Positions 29,678 to 38,906 of a stretch of DNA of 64,000 nucleotides are shown here, in pieces. A program made the translations under genes and the position numbers. The notes beneath the pieces are model-generated. The model did not search any database and was not told the DNA's origin. It saw only the letters and a program-made list of their open reading frames with translations. The DNA is from an uncultured cyanobacterium (GTDB lineage Bacteria > Cyanobacteriota > Cyanobacteriia > Phormidesmidales > Phormidesmidaceae): positions 192,001 to 256,000 of the forward strand of contig CAWBZI010000007.1 in assembly GCA_963793265.1 (NCBI GenBank). Reading direction: 5' to 3'. The first letter of the stretch is position 1. The number at the start of each line of letters is the position of its first letter.

Positions 29678-30078
29678 TTCTCAATTACCTCCTGCTCTAC
29701 ATTGTAGACTAGGAGCTGTAGCTGGTATCGACGCACCGCAGCCGTGATAAACTTTCTTTGAAAAAAGCTTTCGTAGATAGGCGTACGTACGGCGAGGAAA
29801 AGCTGACGGTCTGGCTCAACTATCTCAAGCGCATCTCTGTAGTTGAGAAACTGTCCTAGTGCCGTATGAAAGTCTGAGACGTTAGAGGGGCTAATAAAGC
29901 TCTTGATCTCTACGGCAATCTTCTGAGTGTCTCGAATAGCTGCTACTAGCTGCTCAGCGGCTAAATCTATCTCAAAGTCTACATCATCAACATCGATAGT
30001 ATAGGGATCGTCTGTGATTTGCCAGCCTTCTTTTTCTAAGGCTATTCTAACGACTTGATGGAAACGATCCCTGGCCAT
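29668..30078 (-). CDS. xisH: XisH family endonuclease-fold protein
   Basis: ALEKEGWQITDDP, IDLAAE, AVEIKSF and FHTALGQF motifs. Confidence 0.93.
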   Translation of the reverse strand: MARDRFHQVVRIALEKEGWQITDDPYTIDVDDVDFEIDLAAEQLVAAIRDTQKIAVEIKSFISPSNVSDFHTALGQFLNYRDALEIVEPDRQLFLAVRTPIYESFFQRKFITAAVRRYQLQLLVYNVEQEVIEKWP

Positions 30079-30246
30079 AGTGCACTGTATAAATTAACTA
30101 AAAAGTCTGCTAGTTTTACTAAGCTACATTTCATGGTGCTTCTATACTCAAACTATTTTATTGAACCTTAACGGAGCAAAGCTGAGCTACTGTCTGTCGA
30201 TAGTGAGCGTATCTAGCTTATTTGTGCTATGAGTAGGTCAAGAAGC

Positions 30247-31434
30247 TTATGCAGTACAGGGCTTGTTTAGATCTAATATACGCATAAAGTTAGCGGATAA
30301 ACGTAGGGTTTCTAGATCTGCTTCTGAAAACGGATCGGGGTCAAAATGCATGATGTCATTTCGTAAGCTACGGATAGCATCCAAGTGTTTTATGAAAATC
30401 TTACGATCAACAAAAATGTTCAAAGAATCCCAGGATTCAGCTCGACCTATCAATCTCAGCGCTTCTCCAAACGATAAATCCGCTACATTGTTGATGGTAC
30501 GATTATCGCTAGGATCTTGTCCTTCAGCGAGCTGATCTCGCGTGAACTTACCATCAATCAGTCTGCGAATATAGTTCTCAATTTCACCGACTAAAAGGAA
30601 TGGCTCTGCTAGTTGGCGAAACTGTAGGCTTAAATCTGTTGTTGTGACAATTCCTGTTATTCTACTATCTTGTTGGCGAACAAGAACGTATCCATGCTTA
30701 ACAATTAATTCTATAGCTGAGAAAAGTGATGATTCAGACTGAACCTCTACAGCTATTCCCATACAGTCTCGAACAAAGATACATTCATTTCCAAGAGCGC
30801 TATGTTCACCAATCGATTCCCAGCTAATAACGCCCTTAATAGTTCTCTCGTTTTGCATGACTGGGAGTTGAGAAAAATTATGCAGCATCATTAGCGTAGT
30901 TGCCTCTGATATCTTTGAGTCTGGCTTAACAGCAATGAGCTGAGTATCGGCTGAAGGCAGTTTTCCCATACGAAATGTCGGGTCTTGAATAGAACCAGAT
31001 ACATATTCCTCAACACATTCTGCATCTACCTCCGTAACGCCTTCACTATCATCACTTGGAAGAGAAGAGGTGATATTCGAAGCATCTTCTTTTCTAACAG
31101 GTACAAAGCGCACAACCGCATCAATGTATACGTTTGAAAAGTCTGGATCGGTCACCAAACCAGCATCTGTTAAAGCTTGCCTAATGAAATGGACGACGTA
31201 TGAACCTCTCCTTCTTGCGCCAAACCAACCCAATAAAACTCTGACGCTTTCTTTTACTTCTTAATCTTTTTCTCTTACCTGTATAGAAATTTCTTGTAAT
31301 CTACTCCATCCCGTCTGGCTATCTTCGCTGTTTACATTATCTCCATACTCAGCGTTGACTAGCATTATGTTATCTTCAGCAGTCTCACGTACGTCGAGAT
31401 CCCCTTCATGATTTTTTGCTTGGTCGTAAGACAT
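30247..31434 (-). pseudogene. CBS-pair + HEPN (Swt1-like) protein, interrupted by an in-frame TAA at 31261-31263
   Basis: ATG at 31434 is in frame with the 328-aa ORF apart from one stop. CBS motifs (FSQLPV, GIVTTTDL) and HEPN RxxxxH (RNDIMH). Confidence 0.7.
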
Positions 31435-31842
31435 AAAATTCGGTCGTAGATTTTGATGTATCTTAGTCTACTTTCGCACTTTGTTCTCGTGAAATCCTTT
31501 TATTACCTAAGATGAGTGGCTACTTAGTTTGATTTCCTACAACCAGCCTGTGACATAGATCGCTATAAAGATTTTAAACCGCTATGAAGACATATAGAAA
31601 CAGCCCATCATCTGCTGACTATCGTAGCTAGCCTGTCGCGGTGAAAGGCTGATGAGTCACGAGAGGCAAAGTCATAGAATTAGCTCCAAATATTTACCCC
31701 TTTCAGTAGATTCTTTTATAGAGATAATCTGCGATAGTAAGAGGCAGTAGATGGTGCACCTTTTAAAAGCAAAAGCCTTATATTTTAAGGTAACTAAAGG
31801 CGTCGCTTAATTCTACTGTTTGCTCACCCGCCTAAAGTCTTC

Positions 31843-32802
31843 ATGAAAAATACGTCCCAATCTTCCAACCTCGTTAGGAGCTATCTCAAAAATATCGGTC
31901 GCTTTCCTCTACTCACCCATGAACAAGAAATTAAGCTGGGCAAGAAAGTTCAGCAGTATATGGCATTGCAGGAAGTGAAGTCTGACTTGGCCGAGTCAAC
32001 AGGTGAAGCGCTAAGTGAAGAAGAATGGGCAGATAATACGGATCTTTCAACGACAGAGCTGAGGCAGGTGATCGCTCAAGGAGAACGCGCTAGGGCAAAA
32101 ATGGTCAGGGCAAATCTGCGCTTGGTCGTATCGATTGCGAAAAAGTATACCGGCCACAGCCTAGAGATGATGGATCTCATCCAAGAAGGGACGATTGGCC
32201 TGCATCGCGGCGTAGAAAAGTTCGACCCGGCTAAGGGCTATCGATTCTCGACCTATGCCTACTGGTGGATTCGCCAGGCTATTACGCGCTCGATTAGTAA
32301 CAACAGCCGGGTTATTCGCCTGCCGATTCATATTAGCGACAAGCTCAGAAAGATGCGTAAGGCTCAGCGGAAGCTATCTGTTTCATTAGGTCGTCAGATA
32401 ACCGTTTCAGAACTTGCTAACGAGATGTCTATATCGGTTGAGAAGCTCAGGGAGCTTCAAGAGCAAGGGAGAAAGCCGCTCTCGCTCGATATGAAGATTG
32501 GTAGTGAGCAAAATACTGACCTGGGCGATTTGTTGGAAGACGAAGGCATTTTGCCAGAAGAATACGCTACTCGAAGCCTGCTAAAGCGTGATTTGAGAAA
32601 TCTTTTGCTGAGTCTTTCAGAACAGCAGAGGGAAGTGATTAGATTGCGCTTTGGCCTAGATACAGGTAGTAAAATGACGCTTAATCAGATTGGCGAGCGC
32701 ATGGACATTAGCCGAGAGCGAGTGCGTCAGGTTGAACGTTCCGCACTGCGAAAGCTTCGTCAGAAGGGCGGTTCTTTAAAGGAATACGCGACTGCGGTTT
32801 GA
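31843..32802 (+). CDS. Group 2 sigma-70 factor (RpoD/SigA family)
   Basis: NLRLVVSIAKKY, DLIQEG, FSTYAYWWIRQ and region 4 SRERVRQ; lacks region 1.1. Confidence 0.93.
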   Translation: MKNTSQSSNLVRSYLKNIGRFPLLTHEQEIKLGKKVQQYMALQEVKSDLAESTGEALSEEEWADNTDLSTTELRQVIAQGERARAKMVRANLRLVVSIAKKYTGHSLEMMDLIQEGTIGLHRGVEKFDPAKGYRFSTYAYWWIRQAITRSISNNSRVIRLPIHISDKLRKMRKAQRKLSVSLGRQITVSELANEMSISVEKLRELQEQGRKPLSLDMKIGSEQNTDLGDLLEDEGILPEEYATRSLLKRDLRNLLLSLSEQQREVIRLRFGLDTGSKMTLNQIGERMDISRERVRQVERSALRKLRQKGGSLKEYATAV

Positions 32803-32829
32803 GGACTGCCAGCTAGCAACAGATAGCTA

Positions 32830-35568
32830 TTACAGCCAGTTACCCACTAATACGTAAGAGGCCCAGTAGTAAGGTGCCGGATAGCCTTCTTCAGTCAGTA
32901 GCGCTCTTTGGGCTCTTTGTAGGGCCTTTGCTTTAGATAAGCCTTCGTTCAACCCCTGGTAAAAGTAAGTCATAAGCTGAGTATTGGCCCGATCGTCTGC
33001 TCGCCAGAGGGTAGAGAGCGTACTGCGGGTACCGGCTCTGATGGCAATACCGGCTAGGCCCAATACAGCCCGGCGATCGCCTTGAGCGGTGGCACAAGCG
33101 CTGAGTACTAATAGCTCTAGTGGCTCAGCTTGCGTTTGACTCGCTGAGCGTACCAGTGCGCTGAGTCCATTCGCCGTAATGCCGTCCTGATAGGCAACCA
33201 AAAAGGTTTCAGCAGGCGTAGAGCTAAAGACGCCGTGTGTTTTCCAATGGATAGCCGAATATTCATAGGTAGCAAGCTGCTGTTCAATATTGGCTTTGGT
33301 AAAGGCTTCATTTAATAGCGGTGGGGCGACCGTTAAAGACTCTGGAATTTGATCGAGTTCTGTTTTGACCAGTTCAATCGGCGGAAAGCTCTGGCCGCGG
33401 ATTGTTTGAGACAAACCGATGCCGCCTCTTAGCACTTTGAGCTGCTGCGGCATGGGGCGTGGGGCAAATAAAGAAAGCTGTGGGGCGATCGCGAGCGCAT
33501 AGTCTTTTTCAACTAAGTAGCGATCGCCATCGTACAGCACGCCCATCGGAATATTTCGCAGCAGGCCGTCAGGCACAAACACCAGCGTTTCAAGCTGACG
33601 ATTAGCGGCCAGCGTGTCTTCTAGCGGCGCAATGAGCCATTGATAGATCTGACTAGCCTCTGCAATGACAGCAGGCGTTTTACCCGGTAGGGTAAGGTTT
33701 GTTCTCAGCGACTTAAGCGTTTGTTCAACGTCGGCCTGAGCCACTTTCACACGACGAAAATCGATTGGTTGATCAGGAACCTCGAAGATAATAGCAATTT
33801 GATCGGGTAGGATAATTGGATATATTTTGACGGCATTAGGATCGCTGTTAGATTCATTCAGGTTTACAAGCTGTGAGAGATTACAGCCCAAGAAATTCTC
33901 TAGCTCTGTAAGCTGAAGGGCATCGAGCGTTTTGACCGCGCGCTGAAGAGATTGTTGATCTGGCTCTACAGCATCTGTCGTCTCATCATTGAGCAGGATC
34001 GCTACAAACTCTCGATAGATAGGCTCTACATTGTCTCTAAAAGAGAACTGCACCTGCGAATCAACAAGCAACAGATTTTGACGAACAGCCGCCAGAGAAT
34101 CTATAGCCTGCTGGTAGGCCAAGATTGCCTGCTGCCGAAACTGACTACCTGGAGCCTCACGTTTTGCCTGCTGCCAATAAAGGCGACCTAGCTGCCACTG
34201 CCAGCGATAGGCAGCTTCAGGAACAGACTTACCCTCCAATAGCTGTAATGCCTTTTCGCTAAGGGCTTTAGCCTCTGCCCATTGCTGGCTTAGCTCGTAC
34301 ACATGACCTAATTCACCTGTCGCGTAAGACTCCAATAGCGGATCTTGAAGCGCTCTAGCAGCCCTGACCGCATCGTTTAATAAGGCCGTCATCGGCTCCC
34401 AAAGCGACTGATCTGAGCGAGCAGCGGAGGAAATACTGCCCAATTCTTCTTGCCACTCCTGCTTTACACAGGCGGCTGAAGTCGGTACTTGCAAGCATCC
34501 GAGGCTGTGAGCGTAGCTGATGTCAGCTTCTACCACGGCGCGACCTGTCGGTAAGTCTGCCAAAGATATGTTTTGCCAAAAGGACTGGGCCGCTTCTGTT
34601 TGACCAATTTCTACAAGATAGCTGAGCTGATTGAGCTGAGCTTGAGTTTGAAGGAGCGGGTCGGTAGTTTCTGTATCGGCGGGCTGAGCAGCAGCGGTGT
34701 AGGCACTGATTGCGGCTCTGGCATAGTCACGGGCCAATGATAGCTTGCCAAGTGCGATCGCCCGGTGGCTGAGGGCGCGAGCCGTATGCCCTAGCTCTAG
34801 CTGAAGCGCTGGGCGCGCTGGGCCACTAGATGGAGCAGTTGCAATTCTTGCAGTAAGGAGGCTTTGGGCAGCGGAAAGTTCTCCTACGCCCCGCAAAGCT
34901 CTGCCGAGTTCTTTCGCAGCTACCCCCTGCAAGCTAGGATTCAAAGCCGAAACCTGTGGAACTATCTGGTTCAGCAGGCGCACGGCTTGAGCGTTAAAGC
35001 CAAGCTCTTGCAAAGCCATCGCCTGATTGATTTGGCTGAGTACTTGGCCTGACGTATTCGAGTTTAAAAGCGCCTGATCGCTCTGGGCCGGTTGAGCCTT
35101 TTGATAGTGCGCTTCGGCCTGTTGCCAGGTGGCGAGCGCCTGCTGGCTTTGACCCTGCTGCCACTGGCTTTGGCCCTGCGTATTAAGGACGCGAGCAGAT
35201 ACCTCCCAATAGGTCTGATCCTGTTGCGGCCAAGATTCAATAATTGAAAGGCTCTCTGCTAAGGCTGTTTGAGCGTTTTGAAACTGGGCTAGCGCCTGGT
35301 AGGCTGCAGATAGGTTGCTTAGCAGGTAGGCTCGGGTGAGATCTGGAGAGTGGGGTGCGATCGCCTTTTGCCAGTAATCAATAGCGTCTGCAAATCGTCC
35401 GTTTTCATAAGCCGTTACGCCCGCCGTAATGCCCGCTGTGGTGTTAGCACCAGCAGGCGTATCAATAGCGGCTGCGACACCGCCCAGCATCAGCGCCGCC
35501 AAAAAACTTGCCAGCGCCAAAACGGCCCTCTGCTTTCCCCGCTTGATTAAGACCGCCAGTTCAAACAT
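32830..35568 (-). CDS. Signal peptide + TPR + CHAT (caspase-like) domain protein
   Basis: TPR-like helices, HWKTHG, LVLSAC and PYYWA CHAT motifs. Confidence 0.9.
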   Translation of the reverse strand: MFELAVLIKRGKQRAVLALASFLAALMLGGVAAAIDTPAGANTTAGITAGVTAYENGRFADAIDYWQKAIAPHSPDLTRAYLLSNLSAAYQALAQFQNAQTALAESLSIIESWPQQDQTYWEVSARVLNTQGQSQWQQGQSQQALATWQQAEAHYQKAQPAQSDQALLNSNTSGQVLSQINQAMALQELGFNAQAVRLLNQIVPQVSALNPSLQGVAAKELGRALRGVGELSAAQSLLTARIATAPSSGPARPALQLELGHTARALSHRAIALGKLSLARDYARAAISAYTAAAQPADTETTDPLLQTQAQLNQLSYLVEIGQTEAAQSFWQNISLADLPTGRAVVEADISYAHSLGCLQVPTSAACVKQEWQEELGSISSAARSDQSLWEPMTALLNDAVRAARALQDPLLESYATGELGHVYELSQQWAEAKALSEKALQLLEGKSVPEAAYRWQWQLGRLYWQQAKREAPGSQFRQQAILAYQQAIDSLAAVRQNLLLVDSQVQFSFRDNVEPIYREFVAILLNDETTDAVEPDQQSLQRAVKTLDALQLTELENFLGCNLSQLVNLNESNSDPNAVKIYPIILPDQIAIIFEVPDQPIDFRRVKVAQADVEQTLKSLRTNLTLPGKTPAVIAEASQIYQWLIAPLEDTLAANRQLETLVFVPDGLLRNIPMGVLYDGDRYLVEKDYALAIAPQLSLFAPRPMPQQLKVLRGGIGLSQTIRGQSFPPIELVKTELDQIPESLTVAPPLLNEAFTKANIEQQLATYEYSAIHWKTHGVFSSTPAETFLVAYQDGITANGLSALVRSASQTQAEPLELLVLSACATAQGDRRAVLGLAGIAIRAGTRSTLSTLWRADDRANTQLMTYFYQGLNEGLSKAKALQRAQRALLTEEGYPAPYYWASYVLVGNWL

Positions 35569-38459
35569 CTTTCGCCTTCATCTGAGGAAGCCGCTACCAG
35601 CATGATGCTCCCCTGTTCATCCCTCGCCCAGCCCTGTGCTTCTACAACTGGTGAAGCTTGAGAGGATGGGACATTCGCAGTATTTTCGGGCGCAGCTAGC
35701 GCGGTTGGAATAGACACATCTACAAGACTCTGGCGATTATTTAACACACCATAGGGACTGGTGCCTAAGCCACCGCGTCCAGACTGAATAAACCGGCTGC
35801 CGCTGCTGCTGGCGTCGCAGCCCTGAGCGAGCGCAGGCACTTGAGTAGATTGAGGCGTCTGCGCGGCCTGGTCGCGCAGAATCGGATCTAGCGTTTCTAG
35901 CTGAGTTTCGCCAGCAACCCCAAAGTCAGAGCTAGCGGTGATGTCGCTCTCTGAGGTCACCGCCTCGCGCGGCTGAAGGCCGATCACCTGCTGGGCGGTA
36001 ATATCTACTCTGCCACCGTCACCAAATACAGCGTTAGCGGTGATATCACTATTTTCATCAGGTACGGCAATGACAAATCCATTCGCCGCATTGATGTTGA
36101 TGTTGCCGCCTGTGGCTTCGCCTGTGGCGTTGGTGGTGATGTTGCTGCGATCGCGCAGGGTCAGCAGGTCTGTGGTTAGTGTAATGCTGCCGCGATCGCC
36201 CACCGCCGTATCAGCACTCAGCAATCCCTGATTTCTCACCGTAATTCTGCGCGCATCCACCTGTAAATTACCAGCCGCGCCTCGTCCAGGCGGTATCGGT
36301 GAGCTGGCCCGACTCGGAAAGTTACTCACGCTCAGCGTTCCGCCGTCATTCACCTCAACGCTATTAGCCGTCACAATTAAGTTTCCACCTGCGCCCACAT
36401 CACCAATTGCCGTCGCAAACAGCCCGCTTCGTCCCTCATTCGTTTGGCCCGATACTAAAACCGACTCACTATTTACAATCAAATCTCCCGAAGGGCCAGG
36501 CCCCCGCGTCCCACTATTCACCTGCGCCCCGTTTAGAACCTGCAATTGTTGGGCATCCAACCTGAGCCTGCCGCCTGTTCCTGTGGCCCCCCCGCTTACG
36601 GTAGTACTCACCAGGCTGGGGCCTTCAAGCGCATCGAATCCAGACACCTCAATATCGCTTGCAGAAATATTGACGTCACCAGACTGGCCCTGACCAAACG
36701 TACCTGTTGTAATTTCTGCGCCTTCAAAAAGCACCACCTGCTCAGCGTTAATTGAAATGTCCCCGCCTTGTCCCTGCGATCCTTCGCCCATGGTTGACTG
36801 TAATAGCGTCGGGCTCACAATGGTGTCTGTAGTGCCATCAGGTAGTGAAATCTCAAACGGTAAGCTGGTGCCTACCAGGGTCACTTGGTCAGCCTCGACG
36901 CTGATACTGCCAGCCGTACCGCGATTGAAACTGCTAGTAATGACCTGCGCGCCCTCACTTATGCTTAAACGTCCGGCCTTTATATCAATTTGGCCGCTGT
37001 TACCACTGCCGGTTTCGCCTGTAATGGCAAACAAACCGCTAGGGCCTAAAAAAGACTCTCCACCCAAAAAAGCGGTTTCACTCACTACTAGCTGGATTCG
37101 TCCAGCATTACCGTTACCGTAAGCATTAGCGCCAATCTGCCCGCCTCGCTCTATTGCTAAGTTACGAGTCTGCACGCTCACCACACCCCCCACCCCCTCT
37201 GCGCCCGGCGCAGTATCTACAGATAGATAGCTATGGAAAGGTGGGTTAAAAGGGATCTGTGGGTCTGCTGTAAAGTCGCTTATTTGAATGGTGCCGGTTG
37301 CGCGAATATCAATCAGCCCGCCTGAGCTGTTCTCAGCAAGCAAAGGTGGCTGCTCTGGAAAGTCCATTTGCAACACGTCTATTGCCGGTAAGGTTTCAGC
37401 GAGCACTGCCGAGCTATCCATTACAGAAATATCTCGACCTTGAAGCAACACCTGGCCGGGGTGGCTATCGCTGACTTCTAAGGTTGATCTTTGGGTGAGT
37501 GTGATATCAGCAAAGCGACTGACTGAGCTGTAGTTGGGTGCGAGGGTTTGATCGAATAAGAGCGTGCCATCAGATAGGCTGCCAATAGCGATCTGCCCGC
37601 CTGCGGCAGTGAGATTACCGCCTGCTAGCTCAATGCCGTTGCCCAAAAGTGCGATTGTCTGTCCAGGTCGTACGGCGATTTCAGAAATGGGCGGCAGGCT
37701 GGGCGGCTGTGGAAAGGCATCGGGTGGCGCGGGCGGCGCAGGCTGCTGAAAGAGACGATTGACAAACGCATCTGGCCTATCAGGCGAGCCAAAGACCAAT
37801 CGATTGCCCGTGCCTTGCGTGGTGATGGGGCCGCTACTTTCTATAAAGCCAAGCCCTACTGGCGCGCTGATAGTGAGGAGGCGATCGCGACTGTCAGTAG
37901 GCTGACCCGTCAACAGCTCAACCCCATTTTCAAACATCACTTTACTAGCAGTGCTGGCCACAAAAGAGCCGCCTAAATCAAGCTGAGCGTGAGGGCCAAA
38001 AGCAATGCCGTTCGGGTTGATCAAAAACAAATTAGCGCTACTTTCTGTACTGCTGCTGATTAACCCATTGACTAAAGAATCCGACCCGCCTGTAACGCGC
38101 ACAATAATATCGCGCACGCCTGGATCTACAAACAAGGCTGAATGATCGCCTGAGGGTGAATCGAGAGAAAACTGGCTAAAGCTATGAAGCAGCGTACTTT
38201 CGGCTGTATTGAGGGTGCCGCCTGTGATCGTGCAGGTGGCTGCTAGGCAGCTATCGGCAGTAGATCCGTTGACGATTGAGCCTAGCGTACTGTCAGGTGT
38301 GACCTGTGCGATCGCGCGCTTATTGCCCAGTATTCCACCGCCTAAAGCATTGCCTTCTAAAACACTGTCAATAGTGAGCAGAGATCCTGCTGCAACACCA
38401 ATCTTAACAAGTGCTTGAGCTTTGCTGCGTCGATTATTTGATAAGCGCATAGAGTTCAA
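35547..38459 (-). CDS. Filamentous haemagglutinin N-terminal (TPS) domain exoprotein
   Basis: LLHSFSQFS, NLFLINPNGI, GGSFVAST, beta-helix repeats, SDITAS and GRGG...EAQGW C-terminus. Confidence 0.9.
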   Translation of the reverse strand: MNSMRLSNNRRSKAQALVKIGVAAGSLLTIDSVLEGNALGGGILGNKRAIAQVTPDSTLGSIVNGSTADSCLAATCTITGGTLNTAESTLLHSFSQFSLDSPSGDHSALFVDPGVRDIIVRVTGGSDSLVNGLISSSTESSANLFLINPNGIAFGPHAQLDLGGSFVASTASKVMFENGVELLTGQPTDSRDRLLTISAPVGLGFIESSGPITTQGTGNRLVFGSPDRPDAFVNRLFQQPAPPAPPDAFPQPPSLPPISEIAVRPGQTIALLGNGIELAGGNLTAAGGQIAIGSLSDGTLLFDQTLAPNYSSVSRFADITLTQRSTLEVSDSHPGQVLLQGRDISVMDSSAVLAETLPAIDVLQMDFPEQPPLLAENSSGGLIDIRATGTIQISDFTADPQIPFNPPFHSYLSVDTAPGAEGVGGVVSVQTRNLAIERGGQIGANAYGNGNAGRIQLVVSETAFLGGESFLGPSGLFAITGETGSGNSGQIDIKAGRLSISEGAQVITSSFNRGTAGSISVEADQVTLVGTSLPFEISLPDGTTDTIVSPTLLQSTMGEGSQGQGGDISINAEQVVLFEGAEITTGTFGQGQSGDVNISASDIEVSGFDALEGPSLVSTTVSGGATGTGGRLRLDAQQLQVLNGAQVNSGTRGPGPSGDLIVNSESVLVSGQTNEGRSGLFATAIGDVGAGGNLIVTANSVEVNDGGTLSVSNFPSRASSPIPPGRGAAGNLQVDARRITVRNQGLLSADTAVGDRGSITLTTDLLTLRDRSNITTNATGEATGGNININAANGFVIAVPDENSDITANAVFGDGGRVDITAQQVIGLQPREAVTSESDITASSDFGVAGETQLETLDPILRDQAAQTPQSTQVPALAQGCDASSSGSRFIQSGRGGLGTSPYGVLNNRQSLVDVSIPTALAAPENTANVPSSQASPVVEAQGWARDEQGSIMLVAASSDEGERCLNWRS

Positions 38460-38906
38460 ACTGCCAGAGCCGCAAACAGAGCCGCGAAACGCATTTTTGA
38501 TGATACCAATAGCTTCTTGGCTGTAGCACAGCTTGGATTTTGGCGCGACGATATTTTAGATGAGTATAGAAGTTTCTACGTGATTATTTATTGAAAGCCT
38601 GTTGAAAAATCACTTTGAAACGAATGTTATTGTTTTTAACATCATTTTTTATGAATGCCAAGGATTTATGAAAAGCCCCGCACTGTATTGAGTTGATCAG
38701 TGCTTCAGGAAACTAATGTCTTCGCCAATCGTCTTTGATTAAGAGCCGTACATAATCAACCTTCAGTAATTATGCTTAAGTTAGCGATATATTGATCTCG
38801 CTGAGGCTATTTCTAAGCATTTCTGGCCGCCAGCGATCGCTTTATATTCAATTTTTATCTATTAATTTTCTCCACTTAAAACCTATCCTCTTTTCAAGAA
38901 CCTATC

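Noticed and set aside
31616..31675. Hammerhead-like CTGATGAG with potential stems upstream of the sigma gene
   Set aside because: The conserved GAAA after stem II reads CAAAG and there is no UH cleavage triplet before stem I. It also does not fit a c-di-GMP riboswitch. A covariance-model search would settle it.
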